Origin: Deltaproteobacteria bacterium
GTDB lineage: Bacteria > Myxococcota_A > Polyangia > Fen-1088
Length of the DNA: 28,339 bases
Direction of reading: 5' to 3'
Assembly: GCA_033763315.1 (NCBI GenBank)
Contig: JANRKS010000030.1
Span: forward strand, 1-28,339
The position numbers and the translations under genes are program-made. The notes beneath the pieces were generated by a model that worked only from the letters and a program-made list of their open reading frames with translations, was not told where the DNA came from and made no database searches. Shown here in pieces: positions 1 to 10,133 of this stretch; the first letter of the stretch is position 1; each line of letters begins with the position of its first letter.

Positions 1-180
1 GTCGTCGAGCCCCTCGGTGAGGCTGTGGACGTCACTTTCACGGCGGGCAACGCAGGTGATTTGGTGGCTCGTCTGCCCGCCGAAAGCCAAGTTCAGCCTC
101 GAGATGTAATGCGGCTCACGGTAGAACCTGAGCGAATTCACATATTTGCAGCCGACGACGAAGGCGCCGCCTTGATGTGA
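1..180 (+). CDS. 3' end of an ABC transporter ATP-binding subunit (MalK/UgpC-like, C-terminal TOBE domain), partial
   Basis: Frame 1 reads VVEPLGEAVDVTF...LVARLPAES...MRLTVEPERIHIFAADDEGAALM*, with TGA at 178-180. VVEPLG and ERIHIF are typical of sugar ABC ATPase C-termini. Not in the ORF track because the start is outside the window. Confidence 0.75.
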   Translation, partial: VVEPLGEAVDVTFTAGNAGDLVARLPAESQVQPRDVMRLTVEPERIHIFAADDEGAALM

Positions 181-200
181 ATGCTCATCGTTCGTGGGCC

Positions 201-248
201 GATGCATAAATGCCTCACGTGACATGCTGCGTGGGGCACAAATGCACC
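201..248. promoter_or_regulatory. Pair of putative enhancer (UAS) sites for a sigma54 activator
   Basis: Imperfect palindromes GATGCA-taaa-TGCCTC (201-216) and GGGGCA-caaa-TGCACC (233-248), 32 bp apart. 201-218 and 231-248 match as inverted copies at 13/18 positions. They lie about 100-145 bp upstream of the -24/-12 element. Confidence 0.55.
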
Positions 249-344
249 CGTCTCAAAAGGCCACGCGCGGAAACCCAATGGCAACATAAGAGCAACCTAG
301 CGGATTTAAAGGAGACTGTTCGCAGACGCCCGGCCCGGCTTAGG

Positions 345-360
345 TGGCACGACGCCTGCA
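345..360 (+). promoter_or_regulatory. sigma54 (-24/-12) promoter
   Basis: TGGCACGACGCCTGCA has exact GG-N10-GC spacing and is close to the TGGCACG-N4-TTGCW consensus. It lies upstream of the RBS AGGAGG (423-428) and ATG 437, and an NtrC-family activator is encoded nearby. Confidence 0.75.
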
Positions 361-436
361 GTGACACACCGGTAACCAACGTACCCAGGTACGCCCGCCG
401 CGGCCTTCGTCGCGGCTTCTTCAGGAGGATAAAGAC

Positions 437-880
437 ATGCGTAAGATCCAGATGCTTTTGCTCGCTTCTTCACTGGTGATTCCGATGGCCGCCCGCGCCG
501 CCTTTGCTTCGTCTTCGGCTGGCGTGACCGCCTCCGAGAAGAAAGATGAGAAGAAGAAGCTCGAGCTCGCCTCTGACAAGAAGGACGAGAAGAAGAAGGT
601 CGCTGCCGACGAGAAGAAGAAGGACGAGAAGAAGAAGGTAGCCGCCGACGAGAAGAAGAAGGACGAGAAGAAGAAGGTCGCTGCCGACGAGAAGAAGAAG
701 GACGAGAAGAAGAAGGTAGCCGCCGACGAGAAAAAGAAGGACGAGAAGAAGAAGGTCGCTGCCGACGAGAAGAAGAAGGACGAGAAGAAGAAGGTCGCTG
801 CCGACGAGAAGAAGAAGGACGAGAAGAAGAAGATCGAGCTCGCCTCTGACAAGAAGGACGAGAAGAAGAAGATCGCTTAA
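437..880 (+). CDS. Secreted Lys/Asp/Glu-rich tandem-repeat protein (DEKKK repeats), function unknown
   Basis: Strong RBS AGGAGG. Sec-type signal peptide MRKIQMLLLASSLVIPMAARAAFA. Mature part has nine 13-aa units, six of them exact VAADEKKKDEKKK. Nucleotide differences among those six are synonymous. Flanked by a promoter and a terminator. Confidence 0.88.
   Translation: MRKIQMLLLASSLVIPMAARAAFASSSAGVTASEKKDEKKKLELASDKKDEKKKVAADEKKKDEKKKVAADEKKKDEKKKVAADEKKKDEKKKVAADEKKKDEKKKVAADEKKKDEKKKVAADEKKKDEKKKIELASDKKDEKKKIA
521..871 (+). repeat. Coding tandem repeat, 39-nt period, about 9 units
   Basis: Core units start at 599, 638, 677, 716, 755 and 794 (GTCGCT and GTAGCC variants in order A-B-A-B-A-A), flanked by xELASDKKDEKKK units at 560 and 833 and a more diverged unit at 521. 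Confidence 0.95.
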
Positions 881-893
881 TCGCGCCGCTGGG

Positions 894-925
894 TCCGGCC
901 GGGTGCGATCTCGGCCGGATTTTTC
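894..925 (+). terminator. Rho-independent terminator
   Basis: Stem TCCGGCCGGG (894-903) / CTCGGCCGGA (910-919), 6-nt loop, then TTTTT; 13 nt after the stop codon. Confidence 0.8.
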
Positions 926-971
926 ATTTCGAACGAGCGAGCGTTTCCGGACAAGGTCAAATTAGGCTGGC

Positions 972-2672
972 ATGAAGATCCGGACAAAAGTGTGGTTGCT
1001 CGTGGCCGCTAGCGTGGCCGTGACCGTCACTGCGGCTTCGTGGATTCGGGCTTCTTTCACGGAGGCCATGTTGGTTCGGCACGCCCTGTCATCCGCGGAA
1101 GATCTGGCACAAGACATCGTCGAGGAAGTGTCACAGCCGCCGACCCCCGATCCTTTGCCCGAGCCCAGTGCCGAGCAGCAACGTCGAAGACGGCAGCAGC
1201 AAGCCTACTTGGGTGAGGCGCGGCAAAAGCCCCGACGTCGAACGACGGTGGCGGTGCCGGTGGCGAAGACGCCCGATATAGAGCCCACCGTACTCGATGA
1301 AGAGAGGCTGCGAGCGCAGCTGTCGGAGTTCCTGCAGCACCACCCTAGTTTGCTGTGGGTGGAGCTTGAACTGGTGGACAGCAAGGGCCGCCCCGAACTG
1401 CGGGTGTTCGCTTCGCCTCATTATGGCCCTGATCTGTTCAAAACATCCGCGACCCGTGCGCTGGATCTGCTGCCGCAAGCGCTGGTCGAAGAAGACGAGA
1501 TCGTCTTGCGACGCCCCGTCAAGGTCCAGGGGCAATGGAGCGCGCGCCTCACGATGTCGTGGACGTTGCGCGCCGTCCGCACGGCTGTGGGCGTGGCTGA
1601 ACGTTCGTCTCTGATCTTTGCGGGCGTCATCCTGGTGCTGCTGGCGGTGATCGCGGTGGCCATCACTGAACGCTTGGTCGTGCGGCGCCTGCGGGGTTTG
1701 GAACAAGCCATGCGTGCGGTGGAAGAGGGGAACCTGGGCCAAAGGGTGGTGGAAGGCTCAAGCGATGAGATTGGCTCGCTCTCGGCTGGGTTTAACCGCA
1801 TGGTGGGCCGCCTCGCAGAAGCCGATGCGGAGATTCGCAAGTTCAACGAACGCCTCGAAGGTGAAGTGCAAAGCGCCACATTGAACTTGCAGCAGAAGAA
1901 CAAAGCGCTGGAGCACCTCGCGCGGTTGCTGCATGACTTGCGGCGCGAAAACGCGACGAAGGTTCGTTTGGCAGGGTTGGCTCAGTTGGCCGCTCAGCTG
2001 GCGCACGAGGTGGGCACGCCGTTGTCTTCCATATCGGGGCACTTGCAATTGGCGTTGCTGCGCGCCGATGTTTCGGATCCTCTGCGACAACGTCTGGATG
2101 TTGTTTCGCGGGAGGTATCGCGCATTGGCCAGATCTTCCGCGGCTATCTTGATTCCACCCGTGACGTGGGACCCGATTTAAAGCCCACCCCGTGGCTTCG
2201 CGTGGTGCAAGAAGCCGTGGAAGTGATCTCCAGCGCAGAACCAAGCCGCCAGCTGCACATTCACACGCATTCACTCGCGCAGGGATCGGCACCCACTGAG
2301 ATCGTGACCGATCCGGGTCTGTTGCGGCAGGTCTTGATCAATCTACTCACGAACGCTTCTGATGCCATGGAAGGGCGCGGCGACATCGAGATCTCGGCAG
2401 CGGCCGAGGCCAACCGACTGCGCATCACCGTCAAAGACTCGGGGCCAGGCATTCCGGCCGATCGTTTGATCCGTATCTTCGAGCCGTTCTTCACCACCAA
2501 GCAGGCGGGCAAAGGCACGGGGCTTGGCCTATCCATCTCGCGTCAGCTGGCGATTAGTTTGGGCGGAGATCTGACTGTTGAAAGTGCGCCCGGCGAAGGC
2601 GCGTGTTTCTCGGTAAGCTTGCCGTTTGTGCCCAACGAAGGTCCGCGCCCAAGCTTAGGAGCCTCCGCATGA
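972..2672 (+). CDS. Membrane sensor histidine kinase (2 TM, periplasmic domain, HAMP, HisKA, HATPase)
   Basis: Two hydrophobic segments; HAMP (EGNLGQRV...DEIGSL...FNRM); H-box AHEVGTPL; N-box [13 protein letters not shown]; DSGPGI; FEPFFTTK; GTGLGL. Confidence 0.95.
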   Translation: MKIRTKVWLLVAASVAVTVTAASWIRASFTEAMLVRHALSSAEDLAQDIVEEVSQPPTPDPLPEPSAEQQRRRRQQQAYLGEARQKPRRRTTVAVPVAKTPDIEPTVLDEERLRAQLSEFLQHHPSLLWVELELVDSKGRPELRVFASPHYGPDLFKTSATRALDLLPQALVEEDEIVLRRPVKVQGQWSARLTMSWTLRAVRTAVGVAERSSLIFAGVILVLLAVIAVAITERLVVRRLRGLEQAMRAVEEGNLGQRVVEGSSDEIGSLSAGFNRMVGRLAEADAEIRKFNERLEGEVQSATLNLQQKNKALEHLARLLHDLRRENATKVRLAGLAQLAAQLAHEVGTPLSSISGHLQLALLRADVSDPLRQRLDVVSREVSRIGQIFRGYLDSTRDVGPDLKPTPWLRVVQEAVEVISSAEPSRQLHIHTHSLAQGSAPTEIVTDPGLLRQVLINLLTNASDAMEGRGDIEISAAAEANRLRITVKDSGPGIPADRLIRIFEPFFTTKQAGKGTGLGLSISRQLAISLGGDLTVESAPGEGACFSVSLPFVPNEGPRPSLGASA

Positions 2673-4002
2673 TTCGGATATTGGTTGCTGAGGACGATGC
2701 CGTCTCGCGTGAGCTGCTAAGTGAAATTTTGCGCGGAGACGGCTATGACGTGCAGGCCGTATCCGATGGTGCCCAAGCTGTCGCGCAAGCCGCCGGTGGT
2801 TTCGATCTGGTGTTGTCAGACGTTCGCATGGAAGGCCTTACGGGGCTTGATGTTCTGGCCGCGTTCTCAACGCAATCGCCTGACACACCCGTGATCTTGA
2901 TAACGGCGTTTGGCGACATTAACGGTGCCATGGAGGCGATCGGCAAAGGCGCCTACGACTACATTTCAAAACCCTTTGTTGTGGAAGAGCTTCGGCAAAC
3001 GGTGGGCCGCGCTTTGGAACGCCGGCGGTTGTCAGCGCAAACGAGCGAGCCGCCGCGTGATCTTGCGACCATTGAGGGGCGCAGCCCGCAGATGCTCGAC
3101 GTCTATAAGCTGGTGGCGCGCGTGGCGCCCAGCATGGCGCCGGTGCTGGTGCAAGGCGAGTCGGGAACGGGCAAGGAATTGGTGGCACGCACGATCCATG
3201 ATCGGTCGGGGCGCTCGCCTTTTGTGCCCGTGAACTGCACGGCGGTGCCCGACGCCTTGCTTGAATCGGAATTGTTTGGTCACGCGCGCGGAGCGTTTAC
3301 CGGAGCCGTGGGCGCACGCAAGGGTCTGTTCGAGCTGGCGCACGGAGGCACCTTATTCTTGGACGAGATCGGCGACATGGGCCCGAAGATGCAAGCACAG
3401 CTTTTGCGGGTGCTGCAAGATGGCGTGCTCCGGCCGGTGGGCGCCAGTGAATCGGTTCACGTTGATGTACGCTTGGTGTGTGCGACCAACCGCGATCTCG
3501 AAGCCGAAGTGCGGGCGGGCCGCTTTCGTGAGGATCTGTTTTTTCGCATCAACGTTGTGCGGGTGTTGTTGCCACCTTTGCGCCAACGCTTAAAAGACAT
3601 TCCGCTTTTGGTGGAACACTTTTTGGCGAAGGTGTCCAAACGTGAGCGCCGCCGGTTGCCCAAAGTCAGCGACGAAGTGCTGCGTTTGTTCGAGCGTTAT
3701 GCCTGGCCAGGCAACGTGCGTGAACTGGAAAACGTGGTGGAGCGCGCCAGCGCTGTTGCCGAAAGCAACGTCATCTTGCCGTCAGACTTGCCGCCTGAGA
3801 TCCAAGGTTTATCTGTGCCCACCAAAACGGGCGGCATCATGGACGACCGGCCACCACTTGAAGAGCTGGAGCGGCGTTACGTTTCGCTCATCGTCGATGA
3901 AAACGGCGGCAACAAGAAACGGGCCGCGGAGCTGTTGGGCATTGATCGCCGCACCCTGTACCGCATCTTGGCGCGCGGTGAAGTGCCTGAATCTGAAGAA
4001 AG

Positions 4003-4006
<4 letters not shown>
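2669..4006 (+). CDS. NtrC/ZraR/AtoC-family sigma54-dependent response regulator (REC-AAA+-HTH)
   Basis: Start moved to ATG 2669 (ATGA overlap with the kinase stop, RBS AGGAG). REC motifs ILVAEDD, LSDVRM, ISKP; Walker A GESGTGKE; GAFTGA; FLDEIG; WPGNVREL; HTH AAELLGIDRRTLYR. Confidence 0.95.
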
Positions 4007-5700
<1,694 letters not shown>

Positions 5701-5989
5701 CGATTGGCCACATAGTGACAGTTGACTGGCGGGGTGCAAAGGCAAGCGGGCGAATTTCGTTCGCAAGCGCACCATGAACACGGCCGAGGTGGGTCAGCGG
5801 CTCACAGGCGTTGCGCAGCGGCCCCAGGCCTCGGCGACATGCACGAAACAACGCAGCCGAGGGCATATATTCCCATCGGGCTCGGGCAGCACAAAGGCGT
5901 TACGAGTTGCGCCCAGCCACCGGCGTCCGAGTGGCCGTCGAGGCCGCCTGCCGCAAGTTGGCCTTTGTCACCACGCGCCATTTGTTTTG

Positions 5990-6017
5990 TTTACAACTGG
6001 GGAAAGATCGTTACATT
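5990..6017 (+). promoter_or_regulatory. Possible sigma70-type promoter for the outer-membrane protein gene
   Basis: TTTACA-16 bp-TACATT, preceded by a T-rich tract in an otherwise GC-rich background. Confidence 0.35.
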
Positions 6018-6066
6018 GGGCACGGTCGGAAACGTTGCCGACATGACTTAGAAACACGGAGGAATG

Positions 6067-6945
6067 ATGCGAAAACTGAGTGCATTCGTTGGTTTGGCTC
6101 TCTCGATGGTGGTTGCGGGCTCGGTCCACGCCCAGGACGGCTCCGCCCCCTCGGATCCTGCCGCCACAGGCACGGACCCTGCGTTGGCCCCCCCCGCAGA
6201 CACCGGCATGGCCCCCGCTGGCGCGGCTTCGGGCGTGTCTCAATCCCTGGTTGCCCGTGGCGTCCAAGGCGCGGCGGGTTCGATCACGATCCACACGCTG
6301 GTCGGCATCCAGATGTCCAAAGAGCTTGTGGGCAAGCCTTTCTCAATTGCGCCGGACGTGTTCTACGGCGTGAACGACAAGTTGCAGGTGGGCTTGATTC
6401 ACAACAGTCCTTTGGGCTGGCAGACGCCGCCTGGCTTCGGTCTTTGCTTGGCCGGCAAAGACAATGGCTGTCCGAAGGTTTGGAACAACGTCGGCTTCGA
6501 CGCTCTGTACTCGTTGATGAACGGCTCGACGGACCTGTCCGCGCACGGAACGTTGTACCTGGTCCCCGTTGATCCTCTGACCGTCTCGTTGGCCTTGGGC
6601 GTTGCGGGCAAGCTGCACCTCAATGATCAAATGGCCTTGTTCTTCGATCCATCGATCGTGATCGGCTTCAACAAGCGGGACGCGGGCAATAAGGAAACCC
6701 TGTTCATTCCGGTCGAGTTCCAATTCCAATTGCAACCGCAATTGGCTTTGGTGGCGATGACAGCACTTTGGGGCGACCTTGACGGTTTCGGTGACTCATA
6801 CGTCATCCCCCTGGGCGTCGGCGCCTTCTACAACGTCAACGAGATGATCGACGTTGGTGGCCGTTTCAGCTTCGACAACTTGATCGGCAAGGGCCACTCG
6901 GCTGACTTCCGCTCGTTGTCTTTGTTGGTCAACGTTCGTCTGTAA
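6067..6945 (+). CDS. Secreted protein, probable outer-membrane beta-barrel
   Basis: RBS GGAGG (6058-6062) favours ATG 6067 over 6064. Signal peptide ends VHA-QD, followed by a Pro/Ala/Thr linker, many amphipathic beta-strand-like segments and C-terminal LSLLVNVRL. Strong terminator follows. Confidence 0.7.
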   Translation: MRKLSAFVGLALSMVVAGSVHAQDGSAPSDPAATGTDPALAPPADTGMAPAGAASGVSQSLVARGVQGAAGSITIHTLVGIQMSKELVGKPFSIAPDVFYGVNDKLQVGLIHNSPLGWQTPPGFGLCLAGKDNGCPKVWNNVGFDALYSLMNGSTDLSAHGTLYLVPVDPLTVSLALGVAGKLHLNDQMALFFDPSIVIGFNKRDAGNKETLFIPVEFQFQLQPQLALVAMTALWGDLDGFGDSYVIPLGVGAFYNVNEMIDVGGRFSFDNLIGKGHSADFRSLSLLVNVRL

Positions 6946-6957
6946 TCACAGCGAATC

Positions 6958-6996
6958 AAAGCGCGGGGCCGGCCTTCGGGCTGGCCCTTTGCTTTT
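6958..6996. terminator. Intrinsic terminator, probably bidirectional
   Basis: AAAGCGCGGGGCCGGCC-TTCG-GGCTGGCCCTTTGCTTTT: C(UUCG)G tetraloop with A and T tracts on either side, between convergent genes. Confidence 0.85.
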
Positions 6997-7005
6997 CGAA
7001 GGCGC

Positions 7006-7830
7006 TTAGGCCACCAACACCGTGCCCACGGATCCAGGATCCGCCAGCGTGGCGGCAATCTCTGCCGGCCCCACGATGTGTACCGCTTTGACCCCCGCTG
7101 CAAGCGCGGCGCAGGCTTCTTCAAGTTTCGCGATCATGCCGCCTTTGACTTCGCCGCGCACGATCGCCGCATCGGCTCCCGCTGTGTCAAGCCGTGCAAT
7201 CCGCGTGTTCGGATTGTTGGCGTCGGTGCGCACGCCGCCCACGCCCGTGACAGCGATCATCACAGTGGCGCCCACGTCGATCGCCAAGCGGCTGGCCACA
7301 AGGTCGGCGTTCACATTAAGGACCGCGCCTTCCTGCGACAAACCCAAACACGACAACACCGGCACCCGCTGCGCCGACCACAGGGTTTGGACGAGCTCCA
7401 CGTCGAATCCCACAACGTCGCCCACGAGCCCCAAATCAACAGGGTGGGGCGGGCCACCTGTGATGAGGCGTGGTGGTCGTAGCGTGGCGCGAATCGCCGC
7501 TGAACCCGCGTGTAATCCCACCGCGTGCGTGCCCGTGCGATGCAAGGCTGCGCACAACGCGATGTTGAGCCGCCCGGCCACCACCATCTGCAACACATCG
7601 AGTGTGGCCTCATCGGTCACACGACGCCCACCAATCGTTTGTGTGGTTAACCCAAGACGCTGACAAAGCGCCGTGACCTGGGCCCCACCACCGTGAACCA
7701 CCACGAAGCGCGTCGCTGTGTTTTCGCGCGCCGCTTGCGCAAAGCTCGTGGCCACGGTGGTTAGCGCAGGTTCCTCAAGCACGTCACCGCCCAGTTTAAC
7801 GACGATGATTCTGGTCGCCGTGTCGATCAT
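7006..7830 (-). CDS. argB: Acetylglutamate kinase
   Basis: VVKLGG, VVVHGGG, GRRVTD, DLGLVGDV, LNVNADLVA, GGMIAKLE motifs of NAGK. Confidence 0.93.
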   Translation of the reverse strand: MIDTATRIIVVKLGGDVLEEPALTTVATSFAQAARENTATRFVVVHGGGAQVTALCQRLGLTTQTIGGRRVTDEATLDVLQMVVAGRLNIALCAALHRTGTHAVGLHAGSAAIRATLRPPRLITGGPPHPVDLGLVGDVVGFDVELVQTLWSAQRVPVLSCLGLSQEGAVLNVNADLVASRLAIDVGATVMIAVTGVGGVRTDANNPNTRIARLDTAGADAAIVRGEVKGGMIAKLEEACAALAAGVKAVHIVGPAEIAATLADPGSVGTVLVA

Positions 7831-9395
7831 TCAGCAAACGGGTCGAGTGGTAGATTTTCGCGCCGCTTTTGTGGCTTTGCCGCCGGCCGTTTGACGGGCG
7901 CCGGTTTGCTTGGCTCAGCGGCAGGCACGGGCGAAAGTTTGGCAAACACCGGCTTATCGATGTCTGGCAACACCGACAGTGTTGTGGCGGTGAAGCCATC
8001 CAACGACAAAGTGAGCCGCATCTCATCCTTGCCCGACGTGCGCTCAAGCGTGAATGGCGTCTTCCCAATCGTCTTGCCGCCCGCATCTGCGATGACCGCG
8101 CCTTGCGGAAATGAATCGATAGAAATGCGCACCATCTCCGGTTCAGGTGTTGCGAGCGGGGCGACGACCACAGGAGCTGTGGCAGCAGAGGGTTTGACCA
8201 CCGGCTTTGGCTTTGGCCAAAACACAACCAAGGCAAGCAGCGCTGCCACGCCGGCGGCCAGCACCGCTTGGCGGGCGGTGGAGGCCCGCAGCCAATGCCA
8301 CGCGCGCATCACAGGGTTCGCCGCAGCCGCAGCAAGTTCTCCGGTGCCTGCGCCGGTTGGTTCAGGCTTCACTTCGGGCTCGGCCATGGCGGCTGAGATC
8401 GCCGAAAGCTCTTTGGGCAGAATGCGATCTTTGCTCTCCGTCACTTCGTCTTTGAACAGCTCTTTAAGAAAGTTCGGCAGACGTTGGCTGAAGTACCGCA
8501 TCTCATGCAATGCGGATTCAAGATCCAGAGCCATCGCTTTGGCGTTGGCGTAGCGCACGTTGGGATCACGAGCCATCGCCCGCGCCACAATTTGATCCAC
8601 CCGTTTCGGAACGACCGCGTTGATCGAAGACGGTGGCGGCACCGACATTTCCAAGATGGCTTTCATTGCCGCCAATGGATTCTCGGCTTTGAACAACCGC
8701 TGTCCGGTCAGGCATTCATGCAACACCACACCAAGCGCGTAGATATCGATCCGATGATCGATGGGCTTGCGGTGGATCTGTTCAGGCGCGAGGTATGCGA
8801 TCTTGCCCTTGACGGCCCCCGCTTGGGTTCGCGTTTCTTTGAGCTCCTCAGCGGCGCGCGCGATGCCAAAGTCCAGCACCTTCACGGCGCCATTGAAGCC
8901 CAGCATCAAATTGGCGGGCGTGACGTCGCGGTGAATGATCTCAAGCGGCTTCCCCTCGGCGGACGTCATCATGTGCGCGTGATGCAGCCCCAGGCACGCT
9001 TGGCGGGTCACCTCGCAGATCACGTCGGGCGGCGCCAGCTTGCCATCGTTGGCCAGCTTCTCCATCACCATGCTGAGGTTGCGGCCGTGCACATACTCCA
9101 TTGTCATAAAGTGCGTGTCGGCCAAGCGGCCAAACTCATACACTTGCACAACGTTGGGGTGAGAGATGAGCGCGCAGATCTTGGCTTCATCGATGAACAT
9201 CTGCACGAATTTGGGATCTCGCGACAGATCCGGCAGGATGCGCTTAACCACGAGGATGCGTTGAAACCCTTGCGTACCGCGCGCCACAGCCCGAAACACC
9301 TCGGCCATTCCGCCTTGACCGATGCGTTCCAACAGGACGTATCGACCGTAACGCTCGGGCTGTTGGGCAGCGGCAGTGGCTCTCACTGTCACCAC
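7827..9395 (-). CDS. Membrane Ser/Thr protein kinase (Hanks-type) with TM helix and C-terminal PEGA-like domain
   Basis: IGQGGMAEV, VVKR, HRDVTPAN, DFGIA, GKIAYLAPE; TM VLAAGVAALLALVVFW; PEGA-like ISIDSFPQGAVI...IGKTP. Start probably a GTG at 9395, 9392 or 9386; the track's 9758 start overlaps the divergent gene. Confidence 0.92.
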   Translation of the reverse strand: MVTVRATAAAQQPERYGRYVLLERIGQGGMAEVFRAVARGTQGFQRILVVKRILPDLSRDPKFVQMFIDEAKICALISHPNVVQVYEFGRLADTHFMTMEYVHGRNLSMVMEKLANDGKLAPPDVICEVTRQACLGLHHAHMMTSAEGKPLEIIHRDVTPANLMLGFNGAVKVLDFGIARAAEELKETRTQAGAVKGKIAYLAPEQIHRKPIDHRIDIYALGVVLHECLTGQRLFKAENPLAAMKAILEMSVPPPSSINAVVPKRVDQIVARAMARDPNVRYANAKAMALDLESALHEMRYFSQRLPNFLKELFKDEVTESKDRILPKELSAISAAMAEPEVKPEPTGAGTGELAAAAANPVMRAWHWLRASTARQAVLAAGVAALLALVVFWPKPKPVVKPSAATAPVVVAPLATPEPEMVRISIDSFPQGAVIADAGGKTIGKTPFTLERTSGKDEMRLTLSLDGFTATTLSVLPDIDKPVFAKLSPVPAAEPSKPAPVKRPAAKPQKRRENLPLDPFAE

Positions 9396-9497
9396 GCTAA
9401 CGGATTTTCCGCGATCGCGCGAGGCGGCGAATTGGCCACATTCGCCCACCTGGCCCTCAAAGAAGTGCGAGGACGTGCCGATACGAGTTCTGCCACC

Positions 9498-10133
9498 ATG
9501 AAGTTTCACCATCCACCTCGGCAAAACCTGGCGCTTCTTAAGCGCGGCATCCCCGCGCTCGGCTTGGTGTTGGTGTTGTTCTGGGGAGCCCCCGCGCGGG
9601 CGGAAACCCCGGCCGAACGCGCGGCCGCCAAACAGGCCTTCATCGACGGAGACAACGCCTTTAAGAATGAACGTTACGAAGATGCCTTGGCCGCCTTCAC
9701 ACACGGCTATGAACTCTCGCAGAAGCCCCGTTTCCTTCTGAACATCGCACACACCCAAAGGAAGTTGGGGCGTCTGCGTGACGCTCTCGCCAATTACAAA
9801 CAGTTCTTGGATTCGTCACCGAACGACAAGGACCGCGCATTGGCCGAGCAGATGGTGGCTGAAGTGGAGCCTTTGGTGGCCAAAGAGGACGCAGACCGGG
9901 CGATGCGCGAACGCGAGGCCCAATCCGCCGCCATTGCGGAACCGGCGCCCGATGTGGCTGCGCCCGGCACTGACTTGCAAGCCGCCGCGCCGCCACCCGC
10001 ACCCGTTTACAAACGCTGGTATTTTTGGGCAGGCGTCGGTGCCGTGGTGGCTGCAGGCGTCGTCACCGCCGTGGTGCTTTCGGGTGGCGATGACGCCGCG
10101 AAGGCAGGCTCGTGGGGAGAATTGCGGCTGTGA
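9498..10133 (+). CDS. Exported TPR protein with C-terminal membrane anchor
   Basis: Real CDS is the 3' part of track ORF 8484..10133. Signal-like segment ends APARA-ET; TPR helices (AFIDGDNAF...YEDALAAF...LLNIAH...ALANYKQFL); C-terminal PVYKRWYFWAGVGAVVAAGVVTAVVL. Confidence 0.85.
   Translation: MKFHHPPRQNLALLKRGIPALGLVLVLFWGAPARAETPAERAAAKQAFIDGDNAFKNERYEDALAAFTHGYELSQKPRFLLNIAHTQRKLGRLRDALANYKQFLDSSPNDKDRALAEQMVAEVEPLVAKEDADRAMREREAQSAAIAEPAPDVAAPGTDLQAAAPPPAPVYKRWYFWAGVGAVVAAGVVTAVVLSGGDDAAKAGSWGELRL

Noticed and set aside
210-479. 89-aa ORF over the promoter region
   Set aside because: No RBS or recognisable motif; it overlaps the enhancer, promoter and start of the real gene.
421-852. 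Antisense ORF rich in Phe/Ser (FFFSS repeats)
   Set aside because: Mirror of the DEKKK gene. The RBS, signal peptide, promoter and terminator all belong to the + strand.
560-871. 39-nt direct repeats as a possible CRISPR array
   Set aside because: Units are contiguous with no unique spacers, stay in frame and encode protein; no cas genes in the window.
5722-6051. Short ORFs and a possible sigma54 promoter (TGGGCACGGTCGG at about 6017) in the divergent region
   Set aside because: ORFs lack RBS and motifs; the GGCACG has no GC at the required N10 spacing.
8484-9497. N-terminal 338 aa of track ORF 8484..10133, and the 9396-9758 extension of the kinase ORF
   Set aside because: Antisense shadows of the kinase and TPR genes, common at high GC. 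Real starts are near 9498 (+) and 9395 (-).
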